The notes under the pieces were generated by a model. It was not told where the DNA came from. It ran no database searches and was given only the letters and a program-made list of their open reading frames with translations. From the NCBI RefSeq assembly GCF_048403405.1, contig NZ_CP183129.1: a stretch of DNA of 64,000 nt; one strand, written 5' to 3'. This DNA is from Escherichia coli. GTDB lineage: Bacteria > Pseudomonadota > Gammaproteobacteria > Enterobacterales > Enterobacteriaceae. The position numbers were made by a program, and so were the translations under genes. Below, piece after piece: positions 14,101-24,939 of the stretch; within the stretch, counting starts at the first letter, position 1; every line of letters starts with the position of its first letter.

Positions 14101-14841
14101 ATGCTGCAAAATATTCGAATTGTGCTGGTGGAGACGTCACACACCGGCAATATGGGTTCTGTTGCCCGTGCCATGAAAACAATGGGATTAACCAATCTGT
14201 GGCTGGTTAATCCACTGGTGAAACCTGACTCCCAGGCGATTGCCCTGGCTGCAGGGGCCAGCGATGTGATTGGTAATGCTCATATCGTCGATACGCTCGA
14301 CGAAGCGTTAGCCGGTTGTAGCCTGGTGGTGGGCACCAGCGCACGCTCCCGCACGCTGCCGTGGCCGATGCTCGACCCGCGCGAATGCGGTCTGAAAAGC
14401 GTCGCTGAAGCGGCAAATACCCCGGTGGCGCTGGTTTTTGGTCGCGAGCGCGTCGGCTTGACCAATGAAGAGTTGCAGAAATGCCATTATCATGTCGCGA
14501 TTGCCGCTAACCCGGAATACAGTTCGCTGAACCTGGCGATGGCGGTTCAGGTTATTGCCTATGAAGTGCGCATGGCCTGGCTGGCAACTCAGGAAAATGG
14601 CGAACAAGTCGAGCATGAAGAGACGCCGTATCCGCTGGTCGATGATCTGGAGCGTTTTTATGGTCATCTGGAACAAACGCTGCTGGCAACCGGTTTTATT
14701 CGTGAAAACCATCCGGGGCAGGTGATGAATAAATTGCGCCGTCTGTTTACCCGTGCGCGCCCGGAAAGCCAGGAATTGAATATCCTGCGCGGCATTCTGG
14801 CTTCTATAGAGCAGCAGAATAAAGGTAATAAGGCCGAATAA
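14101..14841 (+). CDS. trmJ: tRNA (cytidine/uridine-2'-O)-methyltransferase, SPOUT family
   Basis: 246 aa, divergent from suhB as in K-12. Confidence 0.92.
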
Positions 14842-14852
14842 CAGTGGTTGTC

Positions 14853-14935
<83 letters not shown>

Positions 14936-14984
14936 CAGGTACAAACGCCACGATAAAAAAATGGCACTGAAGGTTAAATACCCG

Positions 14985-15075
14985 ACTAAATCAGTCAAGT
15001 AAATAGTTGACCAATTTACTCGGGAATGTCAGACTTGACCCTGCTATGCAATACCCCCACTTTTACAATAAAAAA
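14985..15075 (+). promoter_or_regulatory. isc operon promoter region with IscR autoregulatory sites
   Basis: Sequence ...aaatagttgaccaatttactcgggaatgtcagacttgaccc... upstream of iscR matches the region known to carry IscR binding sites; exact site boundaries not resolved by eye. Confidence 0.55.
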
Positions 15076-15110
15076 CCCCGGGCAGGGGCGAGTTTGAGGT
15101 GAAGTAAGAC

Positions 15111-15599
15111 ATGAGACTGACATCTAAAGGGCGCTATGCCGTGACCGCAATGCTTGACGTTGCGCTCAACTCTGAAGCGGGCCCGGTACCGTTGGCTGAT
15201 ATTTCCGAACGTCAGGGAATTTCCCTTTCTTATCTGGAACAACTGTTTTCCCGTCTGCGTAAAAATGGTCTGGTTTCCAGCGTACGTGGACCAGGCGGTG
15301 GTTATCTGTTAGGCAAAGATGCCAGCAGCATCGCCGTTGGCGAAGTGATTAGCGCCGTTGACGAATCTGTAGATGCCACCCGTTGTCAGGGTAAAGGCGG
15401 CTGCCAGGGCGGCGATAAATGCCTGACCCACGCGCTGTGGCGTGATTTGAGCGACCGTCTCACCGGTTTTCTCAACAACATTACTTTAGGCGAACTGGTT
15501 AATAACCAGGAAGTGCTGGATGTGTCTGGTCGTCAGCATACTCACGACGCGCCACGCACCCGCACACAAGACGCGATCGACGTTAAGTTACGCGCTTAA
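15111..15599 (+). CDS. iscR: Fe-S cluster assembly transcriptional regulator (Rrf2 family)
   Basis: 162 aa, [19 protein letters not shown] Rrf2 N-terminus. Confidence 0.95.
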
Positions 15600-15710
15600 T
15601 AAAAAGTATTCAGAATCAGGCCGGAGTGTTTAACACTCCGTAAACACGGTCGTACATCCAGCCGGTAGCCTGGTTCCTTGCATTGAGTGATGTACGGAGT
15701 TTATAGAGCA

Positions 15711-16925
15711 ATGAAATTACCGATTTATCTCGACTACTCCGCAACCACGCCGGTGGACCCGCGTGTTGCCGAGAAAATGATGCAGTTTATGACGATGGAC
15801 GGAACCTTTGGTAACCCGGCCTCCCGTTCTCACCGTTTCGGCTGGCAGGCTGAAGAAGCGGTAGATATCGCCCGTAATCAGATTGCCGAACTGGTCGGCG
15901 CTGACCCGCGTGAAATCGTCTTTACCTCTGGTGCAACCGAATCTGACAACCTGGCGATCAAAGGTGCAGCCAACTTTTATCAGAAAAAAGGCAAGCACAT
16001 CATCACCAGTAAAACCGAACACAAAGCGGTACTGGATACCTGCCGTCAGCTGGAGCGCGAAGGTTTCGAAGTCACCTACCTGGCACCGCAGCGTAATGGC
16101 ATTATCGACCTGAAAGAACTGGAAGCAGCGATGCGTGACGACACCATCCTCGTTTCCATCATGCACGTAAATAACGAAATCGGCGTGGTGCAGGATATCG
16201 CGGCTATCGGCGAAATGTGCCGTGCTCGCGGCATTATCTATCACGTTGATGCAACCCAGAGCGTGGGCAAACTGCCTATCGACCTGAGCCAGTTGAAAGT
16301 TGACCTGATGTCATTCTCCGGTCACAAAATCTATGGCCCGAAAGGGATCGGTGCGCTGTATGTGCGTCGTAAACCGCGCGTACGCATCGAAGCGCAAATG
16401 CACGGCGGCGGTCACGAGCGCGGTATGCGTTCCGGCACTCTGCCTGTTCACCAGATCGTTGGTATGGGCGAAGCCTATCGCATCGCAAAAGAAGAGATGG
16501 CGACCGAGATGGAACGTCTGCGCGGCCTGCGTAACCGTCTGTGGAACGGCATCAAAGATATCGAAGAAGTTTACCTGAACGGTGACCTGGAACACGGCGC
16601 GCCGAACATTCTCAACGTCAGCTTCAACTACGTTGAAGGTGAGTCGCTGATTATGGCGCTGAAAGACCTCGCGGTTTCTTCAGGTTCCGCCTGTACGTCA
16701 GCAAGCCTCGAACCGTCCTACGTGCTGCGCGCGCTGGGGCTGAACGACGAGCTGGCACATAGCTCTATCCGTTTCTCTTTAGGTCGTTTTACTACTGAAG
16801 AAGAGATCGACTACACCATCGAGTTAGTTCGTAAATCCATCGGTCGTCTGCGTGACCTTTCTCCGCTGTGGGAAATGTACAAGCAGGGCGTGGATCTGAA
16901 CAGCATCGAATGGGCACATCATTAA
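15711..16925 (+). CDS. iscS: Cysteine desulfurase
   Basis: 404 aa from ATG 15711 ([14 protein letters not shown]...), PLP lysine region [12 protein letters not shown], active-site SSGSACTS. Confidence 0.95.
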   Translation: MKLPIYLDYSATTPVDPRVAEKMMQFMTMDGTFGNPASRSHRFGWQAEEAVDIARNQIAELVGADPREIVFTSGATESDNLAIKGAANFYQKKGKHIITSKTEHKAVLDTCRQLEREGFEVTYLAPQRNGIIDLKELEAAMRDDTILVSIMHVNNEIGVVQDIAAIGEMCRARGIIYHVDATQSVGKLPIDLSQLKVDLMSFSGHKIYGPKGIGALYVRRKPRVRIEAQMHGGGHERGMRSGTLPVHQIVGMGEAYRIAKEEMATEMERLRGLRNRLWNGIKDIEEVYLNGDLEHGAPNILNVSFNYVEGESLIMALKDLAVSSGSACTSASLEPSYVLRALGLNDELAHSSIRFSLGRFTTEEEIDYTIELVRKSIGRLRDLSPLWEMYKQGVDLNSIEWAHH

Positions 16926-16952
16926 TCGGTATCGGAATCAGGAGAATTTATA

Positions 16953-17339
16953 ATGGCTTACAGCGAAAAAGTTATCGACCATTACGAGAATCCGCGTAAC
17001 GTGGGTTCTTTTGACAACAACGACGAGAACGTCGGCAGCGGCATGGTGGGTGCACCGGCCTGTGGCGACGTGATGAAGTTGCAGATTAAAGTCAACGATG
17101 AAGGTATCATTGAAGACGCGCGTTTTAAAACTTACGGCTGCGGTTCTGCTATCGCTTCCAGCTCCCTGGTCACCGAATGGGTGAAAGGGAAGTCTCTCGA
17201 CGAAGCGCAGGCGATCAAAAACACCGATATTGCTGAAGAACTTGAACTGCCGCCGGTGAAAATTCACTGTTCTATTCTGGCAGAAGACGCGATCAAAGCC
17301 GCCATTGCGGACTATAAAAGCAAACGTGAAGCAAAATAA
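16953..17339 (+). CDS. iscU: Fe-S cluster scaffold protein
   Basis: 128 aa; conserved Cys (GAPACGD, YGCGSA) and LPPVK motif. Confidence 0.95.
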   Translation: MAYSEKVIDHYENPRNVGSFDNNDENVGSGMVGAPACGDVMKLQIKVNDEGIIEDARFKTYGCGSAIASSSLVTEWVKGKSLDEAQAIKNTDIAEELELPPVKIHCSILAEDAIKAAIADYKSKREAK

Positions 17340-17355
17340 GAGTTGAGGTTTGGTT

Positions 17356-17679
17356 ATGTCGATTACACTGAGCGACAGTGCAGCAGCGCGAGTAAATACC
17401 TTTCTGGCTAACCGTGGCAAAGGGTTTGGCCTGCGTCTGGGCGTGAGAACCTCCGGATGTTCAGGTATGGCTTATGTACTGGAATTTGTTGACGAACCGA
17501 CGCCGGAAGACATCGTGTTTGAAGACAAAGGCGTGAAAGTCGTGGTCGATGGCAAAAGCCTGCAATTTCTGGACGGTACGCAGCTGGACTTCGTAAAAGA
17601 AGGCCTGAACGAAGGGTTTAAATTCACCAACCCGAACGTTAAAGATGAGTGTGGTTGCGGCGAAAGCTTCCACGTTTGA
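17356..17679 (+). CDS. iscA: Fe-S cluster insertion protein (A-type carrier)
   Basis: 107 aa from ATG 17356; C-terminal CGCGESF. Confidence 0.93.
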   Translation: MSITLSDSAAARVNTFLANRGKGFGLRLGVRTSGCSGMAYVLEFVDEPTPEDIVFEDKGVKVVVDGKSLQFLDGTQLDFVKEGLNEGFKFTNPNVKDECGCGESFHV

Positions 17680-17774
17680 TGCGCATACCGATAACCCCAC
17701 CGTGGTCGCCTGCGCGTGGGGTTTGTTTTACCTGATTCGCCGTTATCGCGGCGGATCGCAGCCCTGAGAATGTT

Positions 17775-18290
17775 ATGGATTACTTCACCCTCTTTGGCTT
17801 GCCTGCCCGTTATCAACTCGATACCCAGGCGCTGAGCCTGCGTTTTCAGGATCTACAACGTCAGTATCATCCTGATAAATTCGCCAGCGGAAGCCAGGCG
17901 GAACAACTCGCCGCCGTACAGCAATCTGCAACCATTAACCAGGCCTGGCAAACGCTGCGTCATCCGTTAATGCGCGCGGAATATTTGCTTTCTTTGCACG
18001 GTTTTGATCTCGCCAGCGAGCAGCATACTGTGCGCGATACCGCGTTCCTGATGGAACAGCTGGAGCTGCGCGAAGAACTGGACGAGATCGAACAAGCGAA
18101 AGATGAAGCGCGGCTGGAAAGCTTTATCAAACGTGTGAAAAAGATGTTTGATACCCGCCATCAGTTGATGGTTGAACAGTTAGACAACGAGACGTGGGAC
18201 GCGGCGGCGGATACCGTGCGTAAGCTGCGTTTTCTCGATAAACTGCGAAGCAGTGCCGAACAACTCGAAGAAAAACTGCTCGATTTTTAA
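17775..18290 (+). CDS. hscB: J-domain co-chaperone
   Basis: 171 aa with J-domain HPD (YHPDKF). Confidence 0.93.
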   Translation: MDYFTLFGLPARYQLDTQALSLRFQDLQRQYHPDKFASGSQAEQLAAVQQSATINQAWQTLRHPLMRAEYLLSLHGFDLASEQHTVRDTAFLMEQLELREELDEIEQAKDEARLESFIKRVKKMFDTRHQLMVEQLDNETWDAAADTVRKLRFLDKLRSSAEQLEEKLLDF

Positions 18291-18306
18291 TTTCTGGAAG
18301 CTAAAC

Positions 18307-20157
18307 ATGGCCTTATTACAAATTAGTGAACCTGGTTTGAGTGCTGCGCCGCATCAGCGTCGTCTGGCGGCCGGTATTGACCTGGGCACAACCAACTCGC
18401 TGGTGGCGACAGTGCGCAGCGGTCAGGCCGAAACGTTAGCCGACCATGAAGGCCGTCACCTGCTGCCGTCTGTTGTTCACTATCAACAGCAAGGGCATTC
18501 GGTGGGTTATGACGCGCGTACTAACGCCGCGCTCGACACCGCCAACACCATTAGTTCTGTTAAACGCCTGATGGGGCGCTCGCTGGCTGATATCCAGCAA
18601 CGCTATCCGCATCTGCCTTATCAATTCCAGGCCAGCGAAAACGGCCTGCCGATGATTGAAACGGCGGCGGGGCTGCTGAACCCGGTGCGCGTTTCTGCGG
18701 ACATCCTCAAAGCACTGGCGGCGCGGGCAACTGAAGCCCTGGCAGGCGAGCTGGATGGTGTCGTTATCACCGTTCCGGCGTACTTTGACGATGCCCAGCG
18801 TCAGGGCACCAAAGACGCGGCGCGTCTGGCGGGGTTGCATGTTCTGCGCTTACTTAACGAACCGACTGCTGCGGCTATCGCCTACGGGCTGGATTCCGGT
18901 CAGGAAGGCGTGATCGCCGTTTATGACCTCGGTGGCGGGACGTTTGATATTTCCATTCTGCGCTTAAGTCGCGGCGTGTTTGAAGTGCTGGCAACCGGCG
19001 GTGATTCCGCGCTCGGCGGCGATGATTTCGACCATCTGCTGGCGGATTACATTCGCGAGCAGGCGGGCATTCCTGATCGTAGCGATAACCGCGTTCAGCG
19101 TGAACTGCTGGATGCCGCCATTGCAGCCAAAATCGCGCTGAGCGATGCGGACTCCGTGACTGTGAATGTTGCGGGCTGGCAGGGCGAAATCAGCCGTGAA
19201 CAATTCAACGAACTGATCGCGCCACTGGTAAAACGAACCTTGCTGGCTTGTCGTCGCGCGCTGAAAGACGCTGGCGTAGAAGCTGATGAAGTGCTGGAAG
19301 TGGTGATGGTTGGCGGTTCTACTCGCGTGCCGCTGGTGCGTGAACGAGTAGGCGAATTTTTCGGTCGTCCACCGCTGACTTCTATCGACCCGGATAAAGT
19401 CGTCGCTATTGGCGCGGCGATTCAGGCGGATATTCTGGTGGGTAACAAGCCGGACAGCGAAATGCTGTTGCTGGATGTGATCCCGCTGTCGCTGGGCCTC
19501 GAAACGATGGGCGGCCTGGTGGAGAAAGTGATTCCGCGTAATACCACTATTCCGGTGGCGCGCGCTCAGGATTTCACCACCTTTAAAGATGGTCAGACGG
19601 CGATGTCTATCCATGTAATGCAGGGTGAGCGCGAACTGGTGCAGGACTGCCGCTCGTTGGCGCGTTTTGCGCTTCGTGGTATTCCGGCGCTACCGGCTGG
19701 CGGCGCGCATATTCGCGTGACGTTCCAGGTCGATGCCGACGGTCTTTTGAGCGTGACGGCGATGGAGAAATCCACCGGCGTTGAGGCGTCTATTCAGGTC
19801 AAACCTTCTTATGGCCTGACCGACAGCGAAATCGCTTCGATGATCAAAGACTCAATGAGCTATGCCGAGCAGGACGTAAAAGCCCGTATGCTGGCAGAAC
19901 AAAAAGTAGAAGCGGCGCGTGTGCTGGAAAGTCTGCACGGCGCGCTGGCTGCTGATGCCGCGCTGTTAAGCACCGCAGAGCGTCAGGTCATTGACGATGC
20001 TGCCGCTCACCTGAGTGAAGTGGCGCAGGGCGATGATGTTGACGCTATCGAACAAGCGATTAAAAACGTAGACAAACAAACCCAGGATTTCGCCGCTCGC
20101 CGCATGGACCAGTCGGTTCGTCGTGCGCTGAAAGGCCATTCCGTGGACGAGGTTTAA
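18307..20157 (+). CDS. hscA: Hsp70-type chaperone for Fe-S cluster biogenesis
   Basis: 616 aa from ATG 18307 ([10 protein letters not shown]...); Hsp70 ATPase motifs ([16 protein letters not shown]). Confidence 0.94.
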   Translation: MALLQISEPGLSAAPHQRRLAAGIDLGTTNSLVATVRSGQAETLADHEGRHLLPSVVHYQQQGHSVGYDARTNAALDTANTISSVKRLMGRSLADIQQRYPHLPYQFQASENGLPMIETAAGLLNPVRVSADILKALAARATEALAGELDGVVITVPAYFDDAQRQGTKDAARLAGLHVLRLLNEPTAAAIAYGLDSGQEGVIAVYDLGGGTFDISILRLSRGVFEVLATGGDSALGGDDFDHLLADYIREQAGIPDRSDNRVQRELLDAAIAAKIALSDADSVTVNVAGWQGEISREQFNELIAPLVKRTLLACRRALKDAGVEADEVLEVVMVGGSTRVPLVRERVGEFFGRPPLTSIDPDKVVAIGAAIQADILVGNKPDSEMLLLDVIPLSLGLETMGGLVEKVIPRNTTIPVARAQDFTTFKDGQTAMSIHVMQGERELVQDCRSLARFALRGIPALPAGGAHIRVTFQVDADGLLSVTAMEKSTGVEASIQVKPSYGLTDSEIASMIKDSMSYAEQDVKARMLAEQKVEAARVLESLHGALAADAALLSTAERQVIDDAAAHLSEVAQGDDVDAIEQAIKNVDKQTQDFAARRMDQSVRRALKGHSVDEV

Positions 20158-20158
20158 T

Positions 20159-20494
20159 ATGCCAAAGATTGTTATTTTGCCTCATCAGGATCTCTGCCCT
20201 GATGGCGCTGTTCTGGAAGCGAATAGTGGTGAAACCATTCTCGACGTTGCGCTGCGTAACGGTATCGAGATTGAACACGCCTGTGAAAAATCCTGTGCTT
20301 GCACCACCTGCCACTGCATCGTTCGCGAAGGTTTTGACTCGCTGCCGGAAAGCTCAGAGCAGGAAGACGACATGCTGGACAAAGCCTGGGGACTGGAGCC
20401 GGAAAGCCGTTTAAGCTGCCAGGCGCGCGTTACCGACGAAGATTTAGTGGTCGAAATCCCGCGTTACACTATCAACCATGCGCGTGAGCATTAA
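20159..20494 (+). CDS. fdx: [2Fe-2S] ferredoxin
   Basis: 111 aa with CxxxxxCxxC...C pattern. Confidence 0.93.
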
Positions 20495-20505
20495 CAGAGG
20501 TTAGT

Positions 20506-20706
20506 ATGGGACTTAAGTGGACCGATAGCCGCGAAATTGGCGAAGCACTGTACGATGCGTATCCCGATCTTGATCCGAAAACGGTTCGATTCACCGATAT
20601 GCATCAGTGGATTTGCGATCTGGAAGATTTCGACGACGACCCGCAGGCATCTAACGAAAAAATCCTCGAAGCGATTTTGTTAGTCTGGCTTGACGAAGCC
20701 GAGTGA
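20506..20706 (+). CDS. iscX: Fe-S assembly protein IscX
   Basis: 66-aa acidic protein, last gene of isc operon. Confidence 0.9.
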
Positions 20707-20719
20707 TTTCCCCGTCATG

Positions 20720-20880
20720 CTTCACGCCGCAGATGCGTTGGCTGCGCTCGTTCACCCCAGTCACATAGTTATCTATGCTCCTGGGGCTTCACTCACTTGC
20801 CGCGTGATTCGGCCTTTTGGCCTCACCCCTCCGGGGCCAGCGCAAGCGCTGTTCAAAACGCAATGCGTTTTGTCCTGCAA
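20720..20880. repeat. ERIC/IRU-like intergenic repeat
   Basis: cgctcgttcaccccagtcacatagttatctatgctcctggggcttcac resembles the ERIC core (CCCCAGTCAC...GCTCCTGGGG inverted repeat); boundaries approximate. Confidence 0.55.
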
Positions 20881-20950
20881 CGCGAATCATTTAGCGGAAA
20901 AATCCTGGGGCTGCCAACTGGCGGCCCTTTTACAAAGAAGGATAACTAAA

Positions 20951-22234
20951 ATGACAGAAGCGATGAAGATTACCCTCTCTACCCAACCTGCCGACGCGCG
21001 CTGGGGAGAAAAAGCGACTTACAGCATTAATAATGATGGCATTACCCTGCATTTGAACGGGGCAGACGATCTGGGGCTGATCCAGCGTGCGGCGCGCAAG
21101 ATTGACGGTCTGGGCATCAAGCATGTTCAGTTAAGCGGTGAAGGCTGGGATGCGGATCGCTGCTGGGCATTCTGGCAAGGTTACAAAGCCCCGAAAGGCA
21201 CGCGTAAAGTGGAGTGGCCGGATCTGGACGATGCCCAGCGCCAGGAACTGGATAACCGCCTGATGATCATCGACTGGGTGCGTGACACCATCAACGCACC
21301 GGCGGAAGAACTGGGGCCATCGCAACTGGCACAGCGTGCTGTTGATCTGATCAGCAATGTCGCGGGCGATCGTGTGACTTACCGGATCACCAAAGGCGAA
21401 GATCTGCGTGATCAAGGTTATATGGGGCTGCACACGGTCGGACGCGGTTCAGAACGTTCTCCGGTATTGCTGGCGCTGGATTACAACCCAACTGGCGATA
21501 AAGAAGCGCCAGTGTACGCGTGCCTGGTTGGTAAAGGCATCACCTTTGATTCCGGCGGCTACAGCATCAAACAGACCGCATTTATGGACTCGATGAAGTC
21601 GGACATGGGCGGCGCGGCAACGGTTACCGGGGCGCTGGCATTTGCCATTACGCGCGGACTGAACAAGCGCGTGAAGCTGTTCCTCTGCTGTGCGGATAGC
21701 CTGATTAGCGGCAATGCGTTCAAGCTGGGCGATATCATCACCTATCGCAACGGTAAAAAAGTTGAAGTGATGAACACTGATGCCGAAGGGCGTCTGGTGC
21801 TGGCCGATGGCCTGATTGATGCCAGTGCGCAGAAACCGGAACTGATCATTGATGCGGCGACCCTCACCGGGGCGGCGAAAACTGCGCTGGGTAATGATTA
21901 TCACGCGCTGTTCAGTTTTGACGATGCGCTTGCCGGTCGCTTGCTGGCGAGTGCCGCGCAGGAGAATGAACCGTTCTGGCGTCTGCCGCTGGCGGAGTTC
22001 CACCGCAGCCAGCTGCCGTCTAACTTTGCGGAACTGAACAATACCGGAAGCGCGGCGTATCCGGCAGGCGCGAGCACGGCGGCGGGCTTCCTGTCGCATT
22101 TTGTTGAGAACTATCAGCAAGGCTGGCTGCATATCGACTGCTCGGCGACTTACCGTAAAGCGCCGGTTGAACAGTGGTCTGCGGGCGCGACCGGGCTAGG
22201 TGTGCGCACGATTGCTAATCTGTTAACGGCGTAA
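20951..22234 (+). CDS. pepB: Aminopeptidase B (M17 leucyl aminopeptidase family)
   Basis: 427 aa from ATG 20951 (MTEAMKITL...); M17 motif NTDAEGRL; ORF-track start 20690 reads through the ERIC element and is rejected. Confidence 0.93.
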   Translation: MTEAMKITLSTQPADARWGEKATYSINNDGITLHLNGADDLGLIQRAARKIDGLGIKHVQLSGEGWDADRCWAFWQGYKAPKGTRKVEWPDLDDAQRQELDNRLMIIDWVRDTINAPAEELGPSQLAQRAVDLISNVAGDRVTYRITKGEDLRDQGYMGLHTVGRGSERSPVLLALDYNPTGDKEAPVYACLVGKGITFDSGGYSIKQTAFMDSMKSDMGGAATVTGALAFAITRGLNKRVKLFLCCADSLISGNAFKLGDIITYRNGKKVEVMNTDAEGRLVLADGLIDASAQKPELIIDAATLTGAAKTALGNDYHALFSFDDALAGRLLASAAQENEPFWRLPLAEFHRSQLPSNFAELNNTGSAAYPAGASTAAGFLSHFVENYQQGWLHIDCSATYRKAPVEQWSAGATGLGVRTIANLLTA

Positions 22235-22243
22235 ACGTCTTAT

Positions 22244-22318
22244 TTGGCCTACAAAATTGCGAAAATCCAATAGATTGCGAATCCCTTGTAGGCCTGATAA
22301 GCGTAGCGCATCAGGCAC
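22244..22318. repeat. BIME/REP elements
   Basis: tggcctacaaaattgcg ... gtaggcctgataagcgtagcgcatcaggca REP-type palindromes. Confidence 0.7.
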
Positions 22319-22352
22319 TTGTGCCCCGAACGTTGAATGAATTGTGGTTCTT

Positions 22353-23129
22353 ATGTCCGAAACAAAAAACGAACTTGAAGATCTGCTGGAAAAAGCAGCA
22401 ACCGAACCGGCGCACCGCCCGGCCTTTTTCCGTACGCTACTGGAATCCACCGTCTGGGTGCCGGGTACGGCGGCGCAGGGCGAGGCTGTGGTTGAAGATA
22501 GCGCGCTTGATTTACAGCACTGGGAAAAAGAAGACGGCACCAGCGTCATTCCTTTTTTTACCTCGTTAGAAGCACTTCAACAGGCGGTTGAAGACGAACA
22601 GGCATTTGTCGTAATGCCCGTTCGCACATTGTTTGAGATGACCCTTGGCGAAACGCTCTTCCTTAATGCCAAACTGCCGACCGGTAAAGAATTTATGCCG
22701 CGTGAAATCAGTTTGTTGATTGGTGAAGAAGGAAATCCGCTGAGCAGCCAGGAAGTACTGGAGGGCGGTGAATCGCTGATATTATCGGAAGTCGCAGAGC
22801 CACCAGCACAAATGATTGATTCACTCACCACCTTATTTAAAACTATTAAGCCGGTGAAGCGTGCTTTTATTTGTTCAATTAAAGAGAACGAAGAGACACA
22901 GCCTAATTTACTTATTGGCATTGAAGCCGATGGTGATATCGAAGAAATTATTCAGGCGGCGGGAAGTGTAGCGACCGATACATTACCTGGCGATGAACCC
23001 ATCGATATTTGTCAGGTGAAAAAAGGGGAAAAAGGAATTAGCCACTTTATTACCGAACATATTGCGCCATTCTATGAACGTCGCTGGGGTGGCTTTTTGC
23101 GTGACTTTAAACAGAACCGGATAATCTAA
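22353..23129 (+). CDS. sseB: SseB family protein (enhancer of serine sensitivity)
   Basis: 258 aa from ATG 22353; synteny pepB-sseB. Confidence 0.88.
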   Translation: MSETKNELEDLLEKAATEPAHRPAFFRTLLESTVWVPGTAAQGEAVVEDSALDLQHWEKEDGTSVIPFFTSLEALQQAVEDEQAFVVMPVRTLFEMTLGETLFLNAKLPTGKEFMPREISLLIGEEGNPLSSQEVLEGGESLILSEVAEPPAQMIDSLTTLFKTIKPVKRAFICSIKENEETQPNLLIGIEADGDIEEIIQAAGSVATDTLPGDEPIDICQVKKGEKGISHFITEHIAPFYERRWGGFLRDFKQNRII

Positions 23130-23132
23130 AAT

Positions 23133-23160
23133 ATGCCGCCCCAAAGGGCGGCATTCGGGC
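23133..23160 (-). terminator. Rho-independent terminator (minus-strand U-tract; hairpin may also serve sseB)
   Basis: atgccgccc-caaa-gggcggcat hairpin; on minus strand followed by ATTTT. Confidence 0.6.
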
Positions 23161-23298
23161 TTACTTGCTGCTCTGAAGTTTGTTAACCACCAGTAAATTG
23201 TTACCGGAGAGACTCCGGTTATTATTTACCTCGGTTAACAGCGCACCAGAAACAATAAGTACGATACAAAAGCACCGTATCTTCATTGTGCGGTCCAT
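23161..23298 (-). CDS. Small hydrophobic protein (45 aa from ATG 23298, or 41 aa from ATG 23286), putative membrane toxin
   Basis: MDRTMKIRCFCIVLIVSGALLTEVNNNRSLSGNNLLVVNKLQSSK; first ATG sits in loop of hairpin tgcggtc/gaccgca (23289-23310); stop abuts terminator. Confidence 0.45.
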   Translation of the reverse strand: MDRTMKIRCFCIVLIVSGALLTEVNNNRSLSGNNLLVVNKLQSSK

Positions 23299-23507
23299 GC
23301 GAAGACCGCATCACGACAGCACCACTGGCGATATTGCCGCGATAGCAAGCGCTGAGACGCGCTTGCCCTAACGGTCGCGGAACATCCTTTCCTTGAGCCA
23401 GCGCCCGCTTGCGAGACGGCGGAAAGGGCCGGTGTCGATAATACGCTAAATAAACAATGATTACTCTCTTTCGCTTGACAAAAAGAGAGTTACTGGCGAG
23501 TATTGTG

Positions 23508-23608
23508 TCCGCTGAGACGCGCTTGCATTACTACGGTAATACAATCTGCTGGAAAGGCCGCGAACCAAACCAGCAACAAATAACCGCCTGATTTTGGCGG
23601 TTTTTTGT
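23508..23608 (+). ncRNA. sRNA candidate (TimR-like antitoxin sRNA), copy 1
   Basis: TTGACA at 23475-23480 with conserved gcgagtattg downstream; strong terminator aaccgcc...ggcggtt + TTTTTT at 23582-23606; 5' region gctgagacgcgcttgc is the complement of 23351-23366 in the minus-strand transcript. Confidence 0.5.
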
Positions 23609-23784
23609 TGCTTAAAGAAAGTGAATTTACATGTTTAAGTAATATCTTTTACCGGTTAGTATTTTTAATATTGAGCGGGATTTGTTTATATTTGTCTGAA
23701 TTCGGACTGATAAGCCAAATGAATTCAAAATCTATCCTTTTTTATCTACTTGACATCGTTGATGCATAAAGCGAGTATTGAGTA

Positions 23785-23873
23785 GACGAGATACACTTGC
23801 AGTAATACAACCTGCTGGAAAGGCCGCGAACCAGACCAGCAATAAAAAACCGCCAAATTCGGCGGTTTTTTAT
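23785..23873 (+). ncRNA. sRNA candidate, tandem paralog copy 2 (also bidirectional terminator with sseA)
   Basis: Second TTGACA (23750-23755) with same gcgagtattg box; ~75-nt 3' module near-identical to copy 1 and ending in ggcgg-TTTTTT; 5' seed differs from copy 1. Confidence 0.4.
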
Positions 23874-23887
23874 TGCCTGTAAAAAGC

Positions 23888-24733
23888 TTATTTCAATGGC
23901 TCAACCGGTAAATCTGCCCGTGCGCCCCATTCACTCCATGCGCCGTCGTACAGTTTCACGTTTGGCACATCAAGTGTCGCGAGTGCCAACAAAACCACGG
24001 CTGCCGTTACACCAGAGCCGCAGCTGACGATAATCGGTTTGTCATAGCTGACGCCGCGACCAAAAAATATCGCATCCAGTTCATCGGTCGTTTTTAGTTC
24101 GCCTTCGCGCACCAGTTCCGTCCACGGAACGTTCAATGCACCGGGAATATGTCCGCGACGTAAACCTGGGCGAGGTTCATCAACTTCTGCGTTAAAACGT
24201 GCAGCCGGGCGGGCATCAATAATTTGCGCCGTATTTTCATGGCTTGCCAATAACACATCGGTGACTTTCACCACGGCTTCAGGATTAAACGTGGCGTTAA
24301 ACTCTCCTTCCGGCAGCTCTACTGCACCTTCTTCTAACAGCAGATCATCGCGCTGCCAGCCTGCAAGTCCACCCCCCAGAATCGACACTTTCTCTACACC
24401 AAAGGTGCGCAGCATCCACCATGCTCGTGGGGCTGAGAAAAGATTACCTTCGTCATAGACAATCAGGTGCTTATCCTGGTTAACGCCTAATTCACGCATC
24501 GCCACGGCGAACGTTTCCGGGCGCGGCAGCATGTGCGGAAGCGGGGAAGTGTGATCAGAAAGCGCTTCGATATCAAAAAACACTGCGCCGGGAATATGTC
24601 CATTCAGATACTCCTGAGCAACGTTACGATCTTCCTGTCCAGGCGACGCCATGCGGGCATCAATAATCTGAATTTCCGGGTCATCAATATGTTCGGCGAG
24701 CCAGTCGGCTCCTACAAACCATGTCGTGGACAT
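23888..24733 (-). CDS. sseA: 3-mercaptopyruvate sulfurtransferase (two rhodanese domains)
   Basis: 281 aa from ATG 24733 (MSTTWFVGADWL...); active-site CGSGVTA. Confidence 0.92.
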   Translation of the reverse strand: MSTTWFVGADWLAEHIDDPEIQIIDARMASPGQEDRNVAQEYLNGHIPGAVFFDIEALSDHTSPLPHMLPRPETFAVAMRELGVNQDKHLIVYDEGNLFSAPRAWWMLRTFGVEKVSILGGGLAGWQRDDLLLEEGAVELPEGEFNATFNPEAVVKVTDVLLASHENTAQIIDARPAARFNAEVDEPRPGLRRGHIPGALNVPWTELVREGELKTTDELDAIFFGRGVSYDKPIIVSCGSGVTAAVVLLALATLDVPNVKLYDGAWSEWGARADLPVEPLK

Positions 24734-24939
24734 AGGCATCTCCATTTTTGCCGGGGTTAGGCTAAATTGTCGGATGTTTAGTGAAAGGCGACAAGCAAAA
24801 GAGGCTGATTTGGCTGTCTGAGCCACAATTCTCACTAAAATTCGGATTGTATGGGCGTGATACTGAATTACATAACGTAAATTCTCACGCATAATAATTA
24901 TTCGACGTTGCTAACGGGCCATTGTGGCAGGGATGAAAA

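Larger units (their letters stand above)
23133..23430 (-). ncRNA. ryfA: RyfA-like transcript: putative type I toxin mRNA (TimP-like)
   Basis: sseB-sseA intergenic position of ryfA; minus-strand TATTAT -10 candidate near 23436-23441, terminator at 23133-23160, ~300 nt span; contains a short hydrophobic ORF. Confidence 0.5.

Noticed and set aside
20690-20950. N-terminal extension of pepB (514-aa ORF-track version)
   Set aside because: The extension is an accidental open frame through the ERIC-like repeat; the ATG at 20951 gives the expected 427-aa aminopeptidase.
23180-23371. 63-aa plus-strand ORF in the sseB-sseA intergenic region
   Set aside because: No RBS or promoter logic; it overlaps the better-supported minus-strand small hydrophobic ORF and hairpin, and its product is not protein-like.
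23785-23873. Treating sRNA copy 2 purely as the sseA terminator
   Set aside because: Not fully rejected. The hairpin does work as a bidirectional terminator for sseA, but the extended ~75-nt similarity to copy 1 and the duplicated promoter box argue for a duplicated sRNA module, so it is kept as a low-confidence sRNA.
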